From assembly GCA_004764695.1 (NCBI GenBank), contig SMSO01000014.1, positions 6,500,029-6,564,028 of the forward strand: 64,000 bases of DNA, in the 5' to 3' direction. Position numbers and translations under genes: made by a program. Origin of the DNA: Schizochytrium sp. TIO01 (Eukaryota; Protista; Bigyra: Labyrinthulomycetes). The notes under the pieces were generated by a model, which saw nothing but the letters and a program-made list of their open reading frames with translations, had not been told where the DNA came from and did no database searches. This document shows positions 1 to 10,197 of this stretch, piece by piece; position 1 is the first letter of the stretch, and every line of letters begins with the position of its first letter.

Positions 1-16
1 AGTAGCCTCCCCCCCC

Positions 17-3000
17 ATGAACTCGCACAATCATAATCCATCGGTGGCAAGCCGCTTTGATGCCTTGTGTCGGAATGTGCTTAAGGGCGTGGAAAAGATC
101 TTGCTAGACTCCGTCAATGGCCTTCGCCCCGGACAGAATAAGGGGTGGTGCATTGCACTACTTGTTATTCAGTCAGCCCTTGTCATTGTGACATGTTTGT
201 ATTGGCTTGTATCATTGTCACGGGGAACAGGTTTTTCGCCGAATAGTTTTGGCTGTGAGGGATCTAGTGACAACTTGGCGAAGCAAGCTTTCCCTGAGCT
301 TGGTTGCACCCCGCCAATAGATGTCGTCTATACGTGGGTCAATGGGTCTGATCCCGTGTGGCAGAGTAAACTCGACTATTATAAGGAGCTAGCAAAGGAA
401 AAGGAGCTTGCTGCCGCAGCTGCAAGCATGACCAGCTCAAATGAAAGTAGCTCAATTGGAGATTCAGAAGAGACTGAACCAGGTTCCTTAAAGGACCTGT
501 ATCAACAAATTGATGACCTCGAGAAAGACCTGAAGCATTTTCAAAATCTGCATGAGGAAATTACGGCAGGCCAATCTCCCGAAATCAACTCCAGCACAGA
601 TATGGCTAGTGGGGAAAGGCGAAGGTTATATGACTACGAATATCGTGACCCGTACGAGGACCATGATCATGGTAGAGAACGTGATATGGCAAGCCATCAC
701 AAGCACCAGGAGTCAGTGGATGACTATCTGCAAGCTAATTTGGCATACGACGAGATCTTACAGCAGGAATATATAAAACAAACTGCGAAAGCAAAGGAGG
801 GCGCATCAGATGGGGCAGCGCAGACTGGCGTGCCTGACGATGAGGAAGAGGCAGAAGGTGCTGGATTTACAAATGTAGAATGGGCATCTACTGCAAATCG
901 CTTTCGCGATAATGAGGAGCTCAGGTTTTCCCTTCGCTCACTCGATAAATATGCTCCATGGGTTCGACACATTTATATCGTGACAGATAATCAAGTCCCA
1001 TCCTGGCTTGATTTGAGCCACCCTCGTTTAACAGTAGTCCCTCACACAGACATTTTCCCCAATCGCTCGCATTTGCCAACCTTTAGTTCACCTGCTATTG
1101 AGTCGCATCTACACAGAATTCCGGGTCTTTCAAAGCAGTTTGTCTACTTCAATGACGATGTTATGCTTGGAGCACCAGTATGGCCCAGCGACTTTTATGA
1201 TCGTGCGCTTGGTCAACGTATCTTTCTTGCTTGGGGGCTTCCACAATGCCATGAAGGCTGTGTTGCTGCGTGGATTGGAGATGGCTTCTGCGACTCCGCA
1301 TGCAACGTTGAAGCTTGTGGCTTTGACGAAGGCGATTGCGCTGGAGAGAATTCTCGAATGCCGAATCATGGAGACGTAGAGCCAGACATGTTTGATTCAA
1401 TGAGCTCGAGTGATTTTGGACAAGACCGTTTCAATAGCTACCTGTTATCGCGTGAGGAATGCGTCGATGGCTGTCGTAAGGAGTATCTCTCTGACGGTTT
1501 TTGCGACCGAGAGTGTGCACACCCAGAGTGTGGCTGGGACGGTGTTGATTGCTTCAAAACAAATGGCCCTCCGTCTCGCGATATGCCATTTGTTATGGTA
1601 GATTCTATTGATCTCTCGCTAAATCACGTCGAACACTTAGAACTCCCCTTTGGTGTTCGTGCAGCCAGCATAGACTTATCTAACATAGAAGATGAGCCAA
1701 GACTCACAATCGAGTCTGCTCACACTGATTCGACTGGAATTGTTACCAAGGCAACTTTCCATCAACCCACAAAAACTCTAAATCTTGTCTTTGCTAATCC
1801 AGGTTCTACCCTTTTGCATCACCATGTATGGGGAGGCACGCCACTTGACGTTTATACTCATGGCGAAAACGTTTTAGAGTTTTTTTCAGAGGTCAGCTCC
1901 GACCAGTATGTGACTGGGGGCTGTTTGCCGAAACTAGGGTGCGAGCGGTTCGATACCTTGGAACTTGCCATGCAAGTCTGTCTTGCCCGTGGAGATCTTT
2001 GTGGAGGAATTACAAGTTCGAACCGTCATGCGCCGCCTGTAACCTATGAATTGCGTCATGGAAAAACATTGTCTCCCTCATATACATACGAGCAGTCCTG
2101 GATGCGAACAACTGATTTTGAGGGGAGTATCGCGGAAATTGACGGCAGCGAGGTTGTGGCCCCAGAACCAGTGGAAGTAACCTTGGTTATGTCCGATGGA
2201 TCAGTGTATAGATTTGACATTACTAGTGCGCTTCCATCTCAGCCAGCGAAGCCAGGGAATGACAAGGGGGACATGAAGCGCGCTGAACCTAATAAAGACA
2301 CAGATAAAGATTCAGAGAAAGCAGCAACCCCTGAGTTTCGACGAGTGCTAAGCTCGGATCACGGTCGTGCAGAATTCTTTTCCCGTCGACTTTCTGCAAC
2401 AACTCATGAGAATCGAACCTTTGAAAAGTCTGTCTTTGCAAAACAAGCTCACTTGAAGGAGCTGATGCTACAAAGAATCAATGCTTTCCGCGCGCGCGTC
2501 GAGTCTTTGACAAGCTCCGTTGAAACTGACACAAACTCTACAAGCACTTTCTCAACCTCGCCGCAGAGGAGATCATTGCTTGACACCTTTGCGAGCTCGT
2601 TGCTACATGTAAATCGTGTCTATAACGAGGCGTTTGGTAAAGAAGAACGCAAGGTTATCGCACACATGCCTCACTATCTTGATATTGAACAGATTGAAGC
2701 TATGGAATCTCGATTTGCGGAAGAATTTGAAAAAACGTCACAAAATAGATTCCGAAGCACTGATGACATGCAGTTTGCCTTTGCATACATGTACTGGATT
2801 GTACACCAAGGTGACCAACCATTATATCCCCCCAGGGAGTACTTTAATAAGGAGCTTGATACTGATGGAGATGGTGTTCTGTCACCAAACGAGCTCATTA
2901 CGCTAGCTGCTATGGCTGTTGGGAGTGATGCTGGCCATACCTCTACCCGCGAGATGCTGCTTGAAATGGTTCGGTGTGTTGACCCGACGATTCTGCAATC

Positions 3001-3616
3001 TGCTGAGCCCCCCGCACACGAAGAAGAGACATACGATGGGTCCTCAGATTTTGAGCCACGGGAGGAGAATCGTGACCATCTTGTACGCTTTACCTTTGAA
3101 CAGATCATGAATTGTGAGGTCACACGCGAAAGCTTGTTAAAAAAGACACCACGCAGGCCGACCCATCGAATTGTTGAGGAGGACGAAGCACCTGTAGCGT
3201 TTCAAATGATTGGGGATGACTTTAATGATGCAGCTGGCCAACTTGATTCGATTCGGGCGCGCAAGTCTAAATTTATTTGTGTCAATGACAACATGAATAA
3301 TCCGCCAATAGAGGTTCTTCAGGAATTGCGCAACTTCCAGCTAAACTTATTTCCTCACAAATCTCAATTTGAGCTTCCTCTAGATCGCCGAAATCGCTTT
3401 TTGTATCTCGATGAATATGAGTCGCACGTCGATTACTATCGTTGGTACTCCCGGGGGGTATTTCTACTTCTCTTTTGTGTTCTTTGCATTTTTATTGTCC
3501 CGAGTAGAGACAGTGGGGAGAGTGACGCAAATGGCGAGGCATCAGGTAGAGCTGGCGACACTGAGATTGAAATTGATGAGGAGCTTGCCCAGGAAATCCA
3601 ATCAAAGGAAGAATAG
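17..3616 (+). CDS. GNPTAB: N-acetylglucosamine-1-phosphotransferase alpha/beta precursor (Stealth family, GNPTAB-like)
   Basis: N-terminal TM; Stealth CR1 PIDVVYTWVNGSDP; CR2 RFRDNEELRFSLRSL...FSSPAIE...YFNDD; two LNR/Notch repeats (C..GC...WIGDGFCD..C....CGFDEGDC); CR3 AHMPH...RFRSTDDMQFAFAY; EF-hand DTDGDGVLSPNE; CR4 KFICVNDN; C-terminal TM. Confidence 0.93.
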   Translation: MNSHNHNPSVASRFDALCRNVLKGVEKILLDSVNGLRPGQNKGWCIALLVIQSALVIVTCLYWLVSLSRGTGFSPNSFGCEGSSDNLAKQAFPELGCTPPIDVVYTWVNGSDPVWQSKLDYYKELAKEKELAAAAASMTSSNESSSIGDSEETEPGSLKDLYQQIDDLEKDLKHFQNLHEEITAGQSPEINSSTDMASGERRRLYDYEYRDPYEDHDHGRERDMASHHKHQESVDDYLQANLAYDEILQQEYIKQTAKAKEGASDGAAQTGVPDDEEEAEGAGFTNVEWASTANRFRDNEELRFSLRSLDKYAPWVRHIYIVTDNQVPSWLDLSHPRLTVVPHTDIFPNRSHLPTFSSPAIESHLHRIPGLSKQFVYFNDDVMLGAPVWPSDFYDRALGQRIFLAWGLPQCHEGCVAAWIGDGFCDSACNVEACGFDEGDCAGENSRMPNHGDVEPDMFDSMSSSDFGQDRFNSYLLSREECVDGCRKEYLSDGFCDRECAHPECGWDGVDCFKTNGPPSRDMPFVMVDSIDLSLNHVEHLELPFGVRAASIDLSNIEDEPRLTIESAHTDSTGIVTKATFHQPTKTLNLVFANPGSTLLHHHVWGGTPLDVYTHGENVLEFFSEVSSDQYVTGGCLPKLGCERFDTLELAMQVCLARGDLCGGITSSNRHAPPVTYELRHGKTLSPSYTYEQSWMRTTDFEGSIAEIDGSEVVAPEPVEVTLVMSDGSVYRFDITSALPSQPAKPGNDKGDMKRAEPNKDTDKDSEKAATPEFRRVLSSDHGRAEFFSRRLSATTHENRTFEKSVFAKQAHLKELMLQRINAFRARVESLTSSVETDTNSTSTFSTSPQRRSLLDTFASSLLHVNRVYNEAFGKEERKVIAHMPHYLDIEQIEAMESRFAEEFEKTSQNRFRSTDDMQFAFAYMYWIVHQGDQPLYPPREYFNKELDTDGDGVLSPNELITLAAMAVGSDAGHTSTREMLLEMVRCVDPTILQSAEPPAHEEETYDGSSDFEPREENRDHLVRFTFEQIMNCEVTRESLLKKTPRRPTHRIVEEDEAPVAFQMIGDDFNDAAGQLDSIRARKSKFICVNDNMNNPPIEVLQELRNFQLNLFPHKSQFELPLDRRNRFLYLDEYESHVDYYRWYSRGVFLLLFCVLCIFIVPSRDSGESDANGEASGRAGDTEIEIDEELAQEIQSKEE

Positions 3617-3957
3617 ACATCCATTCGCAATTTGTTTCTGCTCTTTACTAGTTATTTCGCAAGTAAAGGGCAGGTGTTTGTAATTGCGACTAAATTGAGT
3701 AATTAGAGTCGTATAGGCGCTAAATGCTTCTTAATTTAGAAGCCTCGTATTTGGTAGATTTAGAGGGAGAGTACCCCCGGGATACCTTGGGATCAAGGTA
3801 AGGATTGAACCAAATTACAGATATTCAAATGCGAACCATACATTTTTCTTTAACGATTTATTTTTAAATTTGATACTGCTATATAATCTGTTGCGTGACA
3901 TTACTTTTACGAGAACTTACGAGAATATAAAAAATACTCGAGCATACATACACTCAT

Positions 3958-4596
3958 TCAATTTTTGAGGTTATCGCTACGTCGCAAAAGCCGAGTGACT
4001 TCGTACTCCATTACAACAGTTCCATCCTGGTTCAGCACCTTTTGTGCAGTAGTGACAAACCCACGATCAGGTTTAGACTTGCTTGGGTTGACAGATTTAA
4101 CCTCGAGAAGTACTTGCAGCGTATCCCCCCCATAAACAGGGGCCTTCGCTTTGACATTGTCCATGCTCACAAGTGCCACAGCATAGCCTTCAAGAATTCC
4201 AGAACCCACAATTAGGGCGTCAGCAAGCGATGCTGTTAACAGTCCTGGAGCTAGGCGGCGACAATGGCCGCCGACTTCACGAAGATATTCCATGTCCCCA
4301 AAAAGATTTTCTGCGTCGTACCCTGTCATGTGTGTAAAGTTAATGATGTCAGCATCATTGACAGTGCGGCGCTTGGTCTCCAATTGCTGACCAACTTGCC
4401 ACGCCTCAAATGGCATCGCGTGATTCCCCGCGCATCGGATTCGAGGGGCGCTAGTTTGCGAAATGCAGAGGGCGGTGACCTTTTGTGTTTGTTTGGGTAG
4501 CGCGAAAAGGTGTTGTTGGAGCGTATTAAGTCTTCGCGCAGCGCTACCACTGCCTTGGTTCGACTGGGACGCATCGTCTCGCGAAGACAGCATCAT
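3958..4596 (-). CDS. MaoC/PaaZ-C-terminal-like hotdog-fold dehydratase with N-terminal PTS2-like peptide
   Basis: FEAWQVGQQLETKRRTVNDADIINF...APVYGGDTL...SKSKPDRGFV...NQDGTVV is typical MaoC-like; RLNTLQQHL at aa 22-30. Confidence 0.82.
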   Translation of the reverse strand: MMLSSRDDASQSNQGSGSAARRLNTLQQHLFALPKQTQKVTALCISQTSAPRIRCAGNHAMPFEAWQVGQQLETKRRTVNDADIINFTHMTGYDAENLFGDMEYLREVGGHCRRLAPGLLTASLADALIVGSGILEGYAVALVSMDNVKAKAPVYGGDTLQVLLEVKSVNPSKSKPDRGFVTTAQKVLNQDGTVVMEYEVTRLLRRSDNLKN

Positions 4597-5285
4597 GCTA
4601 CCTATGGAGCTCCTCTAGATCAGAAGTAAAGGACTGCGCTCAAGCACAGGTCTCCAAAGTACAGGCTAGCAAAGTAAGACTGCAACACAAGACGCTGAGA
4701 AGAAGGTCCCAGGAAAGCATTATGTTGCTTGTTGCTGTTGATCGGAAGAACACAAGTTTTCATTGAAAGGATACACAGTAAAGTACTGTGTTTGTCAGAC
4801 CGATAGTCTTTTCTGACCTTAGCAAGTTACTACTTCTTGCTCTAGGTATTTCTACTATTGATTGGGGTTATAATTTCTGGCTGACCTTGTTTGCGTTGAA
4901 TGAGAAGGTTGCTAACTGATACGGCGATTGCATTCGAATGCCAACTATTGATGGGTAAACAAATAGAATGTTTCATTTGAGTTGTGCTCTCTTAAAATGT
5001 AGCCATTGAAACTTGCAAATAAACGAGAAATGCGGAGGGTTTGCCGCAGATTCAATGTAGAATCGGCGATTAAGTAAGCAAACATCAATTTTAGAAACAG
5101 AGAAGTACATAAGGTAAGTTTATAATATCGCTGTTTGGATGTGTCCAAGTAATAGAGAGTAGGAATGCCTTGTGCAGCTGATGAAGGGTTTCGCTAGAAC
5201 CTTGTATTTCCACTCGCATCGTCGATGAAAACGTCGCAGAACTAGTTCTTTCAGGGCAAAAAGAGATTAGGAAGCTGGATTGAGC

Positions 5286-6692
5286 TTAGAACCGCATCCA
5301 CGCAGGTGCATCACTATCAGGGGCAAGTGCAGGATCCACAAGCTTGGGGACCTGAACGTTAGCTGCCATAACATTATGATTTACAGTTGCCTGGGAAGAC
5401 TGGTCTTCCTGGCGTCCATTCGTAGAGCCCATGGCGGCAGCCTTCGCCGTTGTAGAGGACTTATTCGGAGTAAATCCTCCGCGCTGAGGAACACGCATAC
5501 CAGGCAAAAGAACCGCCGGGTTTGCTGAGGAGTCAGGGTCTTCCTCATGATTGTTGTTGTTGTTAAGTGTGGCAGTATCATTGCATCCATTCGAATTGAT
5601 TCCGGTCGTATGCTTCATGTAGTCAAGTCGCTCACGAACAAGACGATACTTTTTGTTTAGGTTTTCGAGGCGCTCCGCAAGGTCGACGACCTCTTTTTCT
5701 TTGGTTACAAGTTTCTCCTGGGCAACTTCAGCCTTTTTCACGAGAAATCCGGCCTTTTTGTTGCTCGCCTTGAGCTGATCTGCAAGTCGTGTAGCCTTTG
5801 CCTCAGCAGCTGACACTGCCTCTTGCGAATCCTTCAGAAGTTTCTCCTGCTCACGGAGCTTGTCTGAGTGTACATGGATCCTCTTTTTGGTGCTTTCGAG
5901 GGCGGCCTCGCCTTCCTCGGAGCGATTCAAGAGCGTTCGGTTTGATTCGCGAAGCTGCTCATTCTCAGCCATTAACTTTCGCAATGCCTTTTGCATTTCT
6001 TCGCGCTCCTCCCGCATCTCTTCAACAGTACCTGCCAGCTGACTTTGCGCAGACTTAGAGGTTCGCGCAAACTCCTCGTTCTGCAAAGCAGCCTGTTGCT
6101 GAGAAGCAGCTACCTTGCGCAGATTGTCAACCTCTTCTTCAAGATGGTACACTTGGTTTTGAAGTGACATAGCCTTTTCGTTGTATGCCTGAAGTTCTTG
6201 AGCTCTCATCTGTTGCATATTCTGGAGTTGCCGTGAGAGCTGGGCAGCAGATCGCTCAGTGTCTCCAGAGGAGTTCTTCGCAAGCTTAACCTCGGCGTGG
6301 GCCTGCTCCAAAGCACTTTTGAGTTCTTTAATTTGATGCTCTGAGTTAGTTTGTTCTTGAAGATTATATTGGATAGCGGCTAGCTCGCGCTCCACTCGGG
6401 CCTTTTCGTGCAATAGTTCTTCGATTCGCGCTTCTGCTTTGCTGCATCGCTCGGACATGGTATCAAGAAGCTTATCCTTCATGCGCGACTCCTCAGAGAC
6501 AACATTCCGAAGGGCATCAAGTTCACCTTGTAGATGAGCTGCACGAACCGACGCTGCGGTGTCTGCAGCGTCAGGCACATGGGAGGAAGGCATGACTTTG
6601 TTTTTTTGGCGCCTCTTCGGCATAACATTCGCTGCAAAAAGACCATTGACCTTGGCCTCGCGGCCAATCCATGAAGAGCGGTCACCCATCAT
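5286..6692 (-). CDS. Long coiled-coil protein of unknown function (start may instead be ATG at 6623, MPKRRQKNK)
   Basis: ~350 aa of E/K/Q/L/A-rich heptads, then a low-complexity tail ending PAWMRF; the track start at 6797 is TTG, first in-frame ATG is 6692. Confidence 0.75.
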   Translation of the reverse strand: MMGDRSSWIGREAKVNGLFAANVMPKRRQKNKVMPSSHVPDAADTAASVRAAHLQGELDALRNVVSEESRMKDKLLDTMSERCSKAEARIEELLHEKARVERELAAIQYNLQEQTNSEHQIKELKSALEQAHAEVKLAKNSSGDTERSAAQLSRQLQNMQQMRAQELQAYNEKAMSLQNQVYHLEEEVDNLRKVAASQQQAALQNEEFARTSKSAQSQLAGTVEEMREEREEMQKALRKLMAENEQLRESNRTLLNRSEEGEAALESTKKRIHVHSDKLREQEKLLKDSQEAVSAAEAKATRLADQLKASNKKAGFLVKKAEVAQEKLVTKEKEVVDLAERLENLNKKYRLVRERLDYMKHTTGINSNGCNDTATLNNNNNHEEDPDSSANPAVLLPGMRVPQRGGFTPNKSSTTAKAAAMGSTNGRQEDQSSQATVNHNVMAANVQVPKLVDPALAPDSDAPAWMRF

Positions 6693-7750
6693 CGATTGAA
6701 CACGGGGAATGTACTGGTCAGCGTTTCGAAAAAGAAGGCACGGCGTCTTGGCTAAGCAAGACACGCGCACGCGCGGCTTGCAGGTAAACTTCAACAAGGT
6801 CTAATACAATATTGATTGCGCCGTTGGTGTGGCAATGTTTAGGTTTGCACCGTTTATTTGAGCGTACAATTCAGCTCTTCTGATGCTAGGACTAGCTAGA
6901 ACACGAGACGGCAGACCTTTGGTGCTGCCCGTGAAGAGTGAGTGCTGAGCGTCTTTACGATCGAGGCTTTGTGATAGCTGGCGTTGCCAATACTGTTGTT
7001 GATGTCACCGATGAGGGTGCGTACTTATCTTTAGCTAGGAGTACAAAACCTTGCTACAGATTCTTGACACCCCACCTTACAAAGACAATTTGGTGGCGTA
7101 CAAGGAAGCTCATGCCCCTGCCCTCTAGCGATTCTGCTAAGGTCTGGGCTAGTGCTTAATGTTGTAATAGGTTCTTCTCCGAGTCTCGCTTTCCCGTTCC
7201 CAAGCTCCTTTGCGTTCACCCCTATCTCGATCATCTTAGCGTAGCGCTACGTCTAGAGGTCTTCCTCGCCGAACAAGAACAGCTTATTTACATCGGGGTG
7301 CAATTCCCGTTACAATCAGCCAAGTTCTCGATTTTGCACACCGAAACGAACAAGTGATGCACCATTGTAATTCTTTTAACAGTTCGGTTTCCTTTTCAGC
7401 TAGACTGAAGCTGTGAATCAATTGCCAGAATGTGACGTGCCGGGTAAACTAGTAGGCTATATTTTGTGAACGGCTGAGCTCACTCGTACAAGACACGAGC
7501 TCTTTCTCCCGTCGTTTCACCGCTCTATAAACAGCGCGAGCGAGTATATTCGAAGGTGGAGAACTAGGTAGAGAGGCTCACTCACATGCGACCTGATATG
7601 ATGTGCTCACCTTTTCACAAAAGTAGGTACCCGCGCCAACCGATCAATGTTCTCAATTTAAGACAGCACTGTAGATTTTGATTCCTGCAGCTTCGCTCAT
7701 ACCCCAGATCCATAAGCTCCACAACTAATGAAGAACAATATGAGTTCGCT

Positions 7751-7797
7751 CTTTTTTTTTTAATTTTCTTCCTCTTTTTTTTTTTTTTTTTTTTTTT
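7751..7797. repeat. Poly-T / T-rich tract
   Basis: Runs of about 10 and over 20 T. Confidence 0.9.
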
Positions 7798-9850
7798 CAC
7801 TTACAAAGAACAACAGCTTTCTTTGGATAGACTTGAAATGGACCACCTGCTGTATATAGTATAAACATAGACAAATGGACTTCTGAAATCCAAATAAAGA
7901 GTTTCTCTTTTCTTTTCTCTTGTTAACCTATTTATTATTTGTAAAGTGTTGGAGCAAGTATTATGACGTTGCAAAAGCTTTCGGTTCATGTACCTTTAGA
8001 GATCAAAGACTGGTGAGACAGTCATAATACTTTTAAAGAAAATGCGATTAGCGCGAGTGACAATGAGTCAGCTGTCGATTTAAGTGCGTAGGCTCGCTTG
8101 CGTGCTACATCTCGTCGCTGGCAAAAACACGGTTACTGATTGTCTTGCCTCCTATAGCTTGGCGCGTATTTGTTGACCTGTCAGGTTTCTTCAGCGTGCC
8201 CCTTTTGCCAGAACCCTTAGGAATCTCTAGCCATAGTAGCACTGTTCGGTCCAACGGATATCTTTCGTGAATGCTGAAAAGCAGGGCAGATTGCCGACTG
8301 AAAGTGCGAGTAGAAGAGAGTTGAAAACAGCACGAAATCAATGGGTGGCATGGTAAACCAAGCCTCTCGTTTAGGTTTGGTATTGTGTTGAAGGAAGTGG
8401 AACTTCCGGCTTGTTAAAACACTTGTTTGTCGTCCATGGGGAATAGCTTTGTCGAAAGGAGCACCAGCATTGCTTGGCAGCTAGATGGAACATCTGAAAG
8501 TGTTGGCCATTTGGATTAGGAAGGTACGAGTAGCTCAGTAGCTGAGGTAGGGCCAGGAACTGTTATCTCACGCGAGTGGATTTTGGTTGCTTTGCCATCT
8601 GAGTTTTCTTGGAGACCTGAGCTAGCTTGCTTAGTCTGGTTTACTTGTTACTTTCCCACGTCTTACTCTCTTTTAGGGCAGTGGCGAACCTCACGTAGTT
8701 CAAGAAAAGTAACAACATGAAGACGCACGGGTTAGTGGACAGGAACCTGCATTAAAGCTAACCAAGAATCAATTATATACCAATAATAGTGACCAAAAAA
8801 ATATGCAAGGCATGGATAAGTTATTACTGCGCGGGGTGTGACCAAAATTTAACAATTATTGTGGACGTCTCTCTCTCTCTCTCCATACGTACGTAGGTAC
8901 ATATGTATACACATGCATATAGTATAGATTAACAACATGTATTATTTTCACTTTTATTAGTTTTTATTAGTTTGATTAGTCTCTACTCTAAATTGTTTCT
9001 TTCTTTTCTTCCTTTCTTTTAAAGTGTAATGATCTGAATACTATCTGTTTAATTTTCTCGTTTCGATTGCATAGGTACCTGCTGAAGAGAACCTGGTAGA
9101 ATCAACCGACGGCTATGGCCCTATCAACTTCGCATATCTTCCGAAGTACACTCAGCTTGCCTGATCGCTGCCATCACGCGAACTCTTGGTGGCATGTCTC
9201 TCAAAGCTGCCGCTCTGACGGTATTCGTGCGGGGACATAGAAATCCGTTGCCTAGGTGTGCGAGAGTCCCCGCATTGTTAACCTTCAAACACCAGATACC
9301 ATAAGACCTGTGCACACCTTGTGGGGCGCGGACTGTACCAGAGTTGGACTTGCGACGCTTGTTCATCAATGTAAAAGAAGAGACTGGAAACCAAAGCGTG
9401 TGAGCGATGGATTTTTTAATGAAATAAATGAACTTTTAAGTTGGGAGAAAATAGAGACTAGTGGAAAGCGCATAAGATTACAGAAGTGCAGAAACAAGTT
9501 GTCCTGCCGTGTTCGCTGCGAGCGACGGCATACAAGTCTGCGCTCTGGCCCTGAAAGGCAGGCGTGCAGAGTTGTGACGCAGCAACGGAGCGTGCGGAGA
9601 GCTCTTCATGCGTCGGAGCTATCACTGATCAACTATTATCTGGCTTGTTTCGGTAGCAAAGCTGGTCGAGGTGCTTCAGCGTTGTTTGCGAGTTTCACGC
9701 GCTCAGACACAGTTAGCTGGCGACAGAGTTCGCTAGGCAGCTCACGCGCTCGCTTGCTCGCCATTTGTCCTGAAAAGCAGGTAGCGTAGTCGAACTAGCG
9801 CCTTTTGTACACAGTTTGATCATAAACCGTGTGCCATAGTGTTTGTTGTG

Positions 9851-9852
<2 letters not shown>

Positions 9853-9888
<36 letters not shown>
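9853..9888. repeat. (TGC)n microsatellite, ~12 units
   Basis: Seen directly. Confidence 0.95.
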
Positions 9889-10197
9889 GTAGTTCATTCT
9901 CAAAAGAGAGTGCTCCATTTTTTTCTTGTGCGGCGACCACGTTCAGGAGGGTCTCGACGATTTCGTTTAGGTTTGACAAGGGAGAGCAACAGGTAAACAC
10001 CCTCGAAGATCTCGTCAAGTTGAACATTATACTTTCCAGAAAGAAATCCCCTCGCAGTCGGGTACTAGTGCTTCGCGGTGCTGCATTCGCACAGAAGAAA
10101 TTACAGTGCGCGTCTCTGAAGTAGTAAGTCCCATTATTCAGGGCACAGCTCTTAGTGATCGCGTAGGCTGTAGCGAAGCTTAAGTTCGCCCCCAAGT

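Noticed and set aside
8525-8600. tRNA-like TAGCTCAGT...GGTAGGGC stretch
   Set aside because: No T-arm GTTCRA and no acceptor-stem pairing
9256-10124. ORFs 9256-9789, 9713-10276 and 9843-10124
   Set aside because: No domain, mostly non-ATG starts, poly-L/poly-S comes from the (TGC)n microsatellite; likely promoter or UTR of the PLC-like gene
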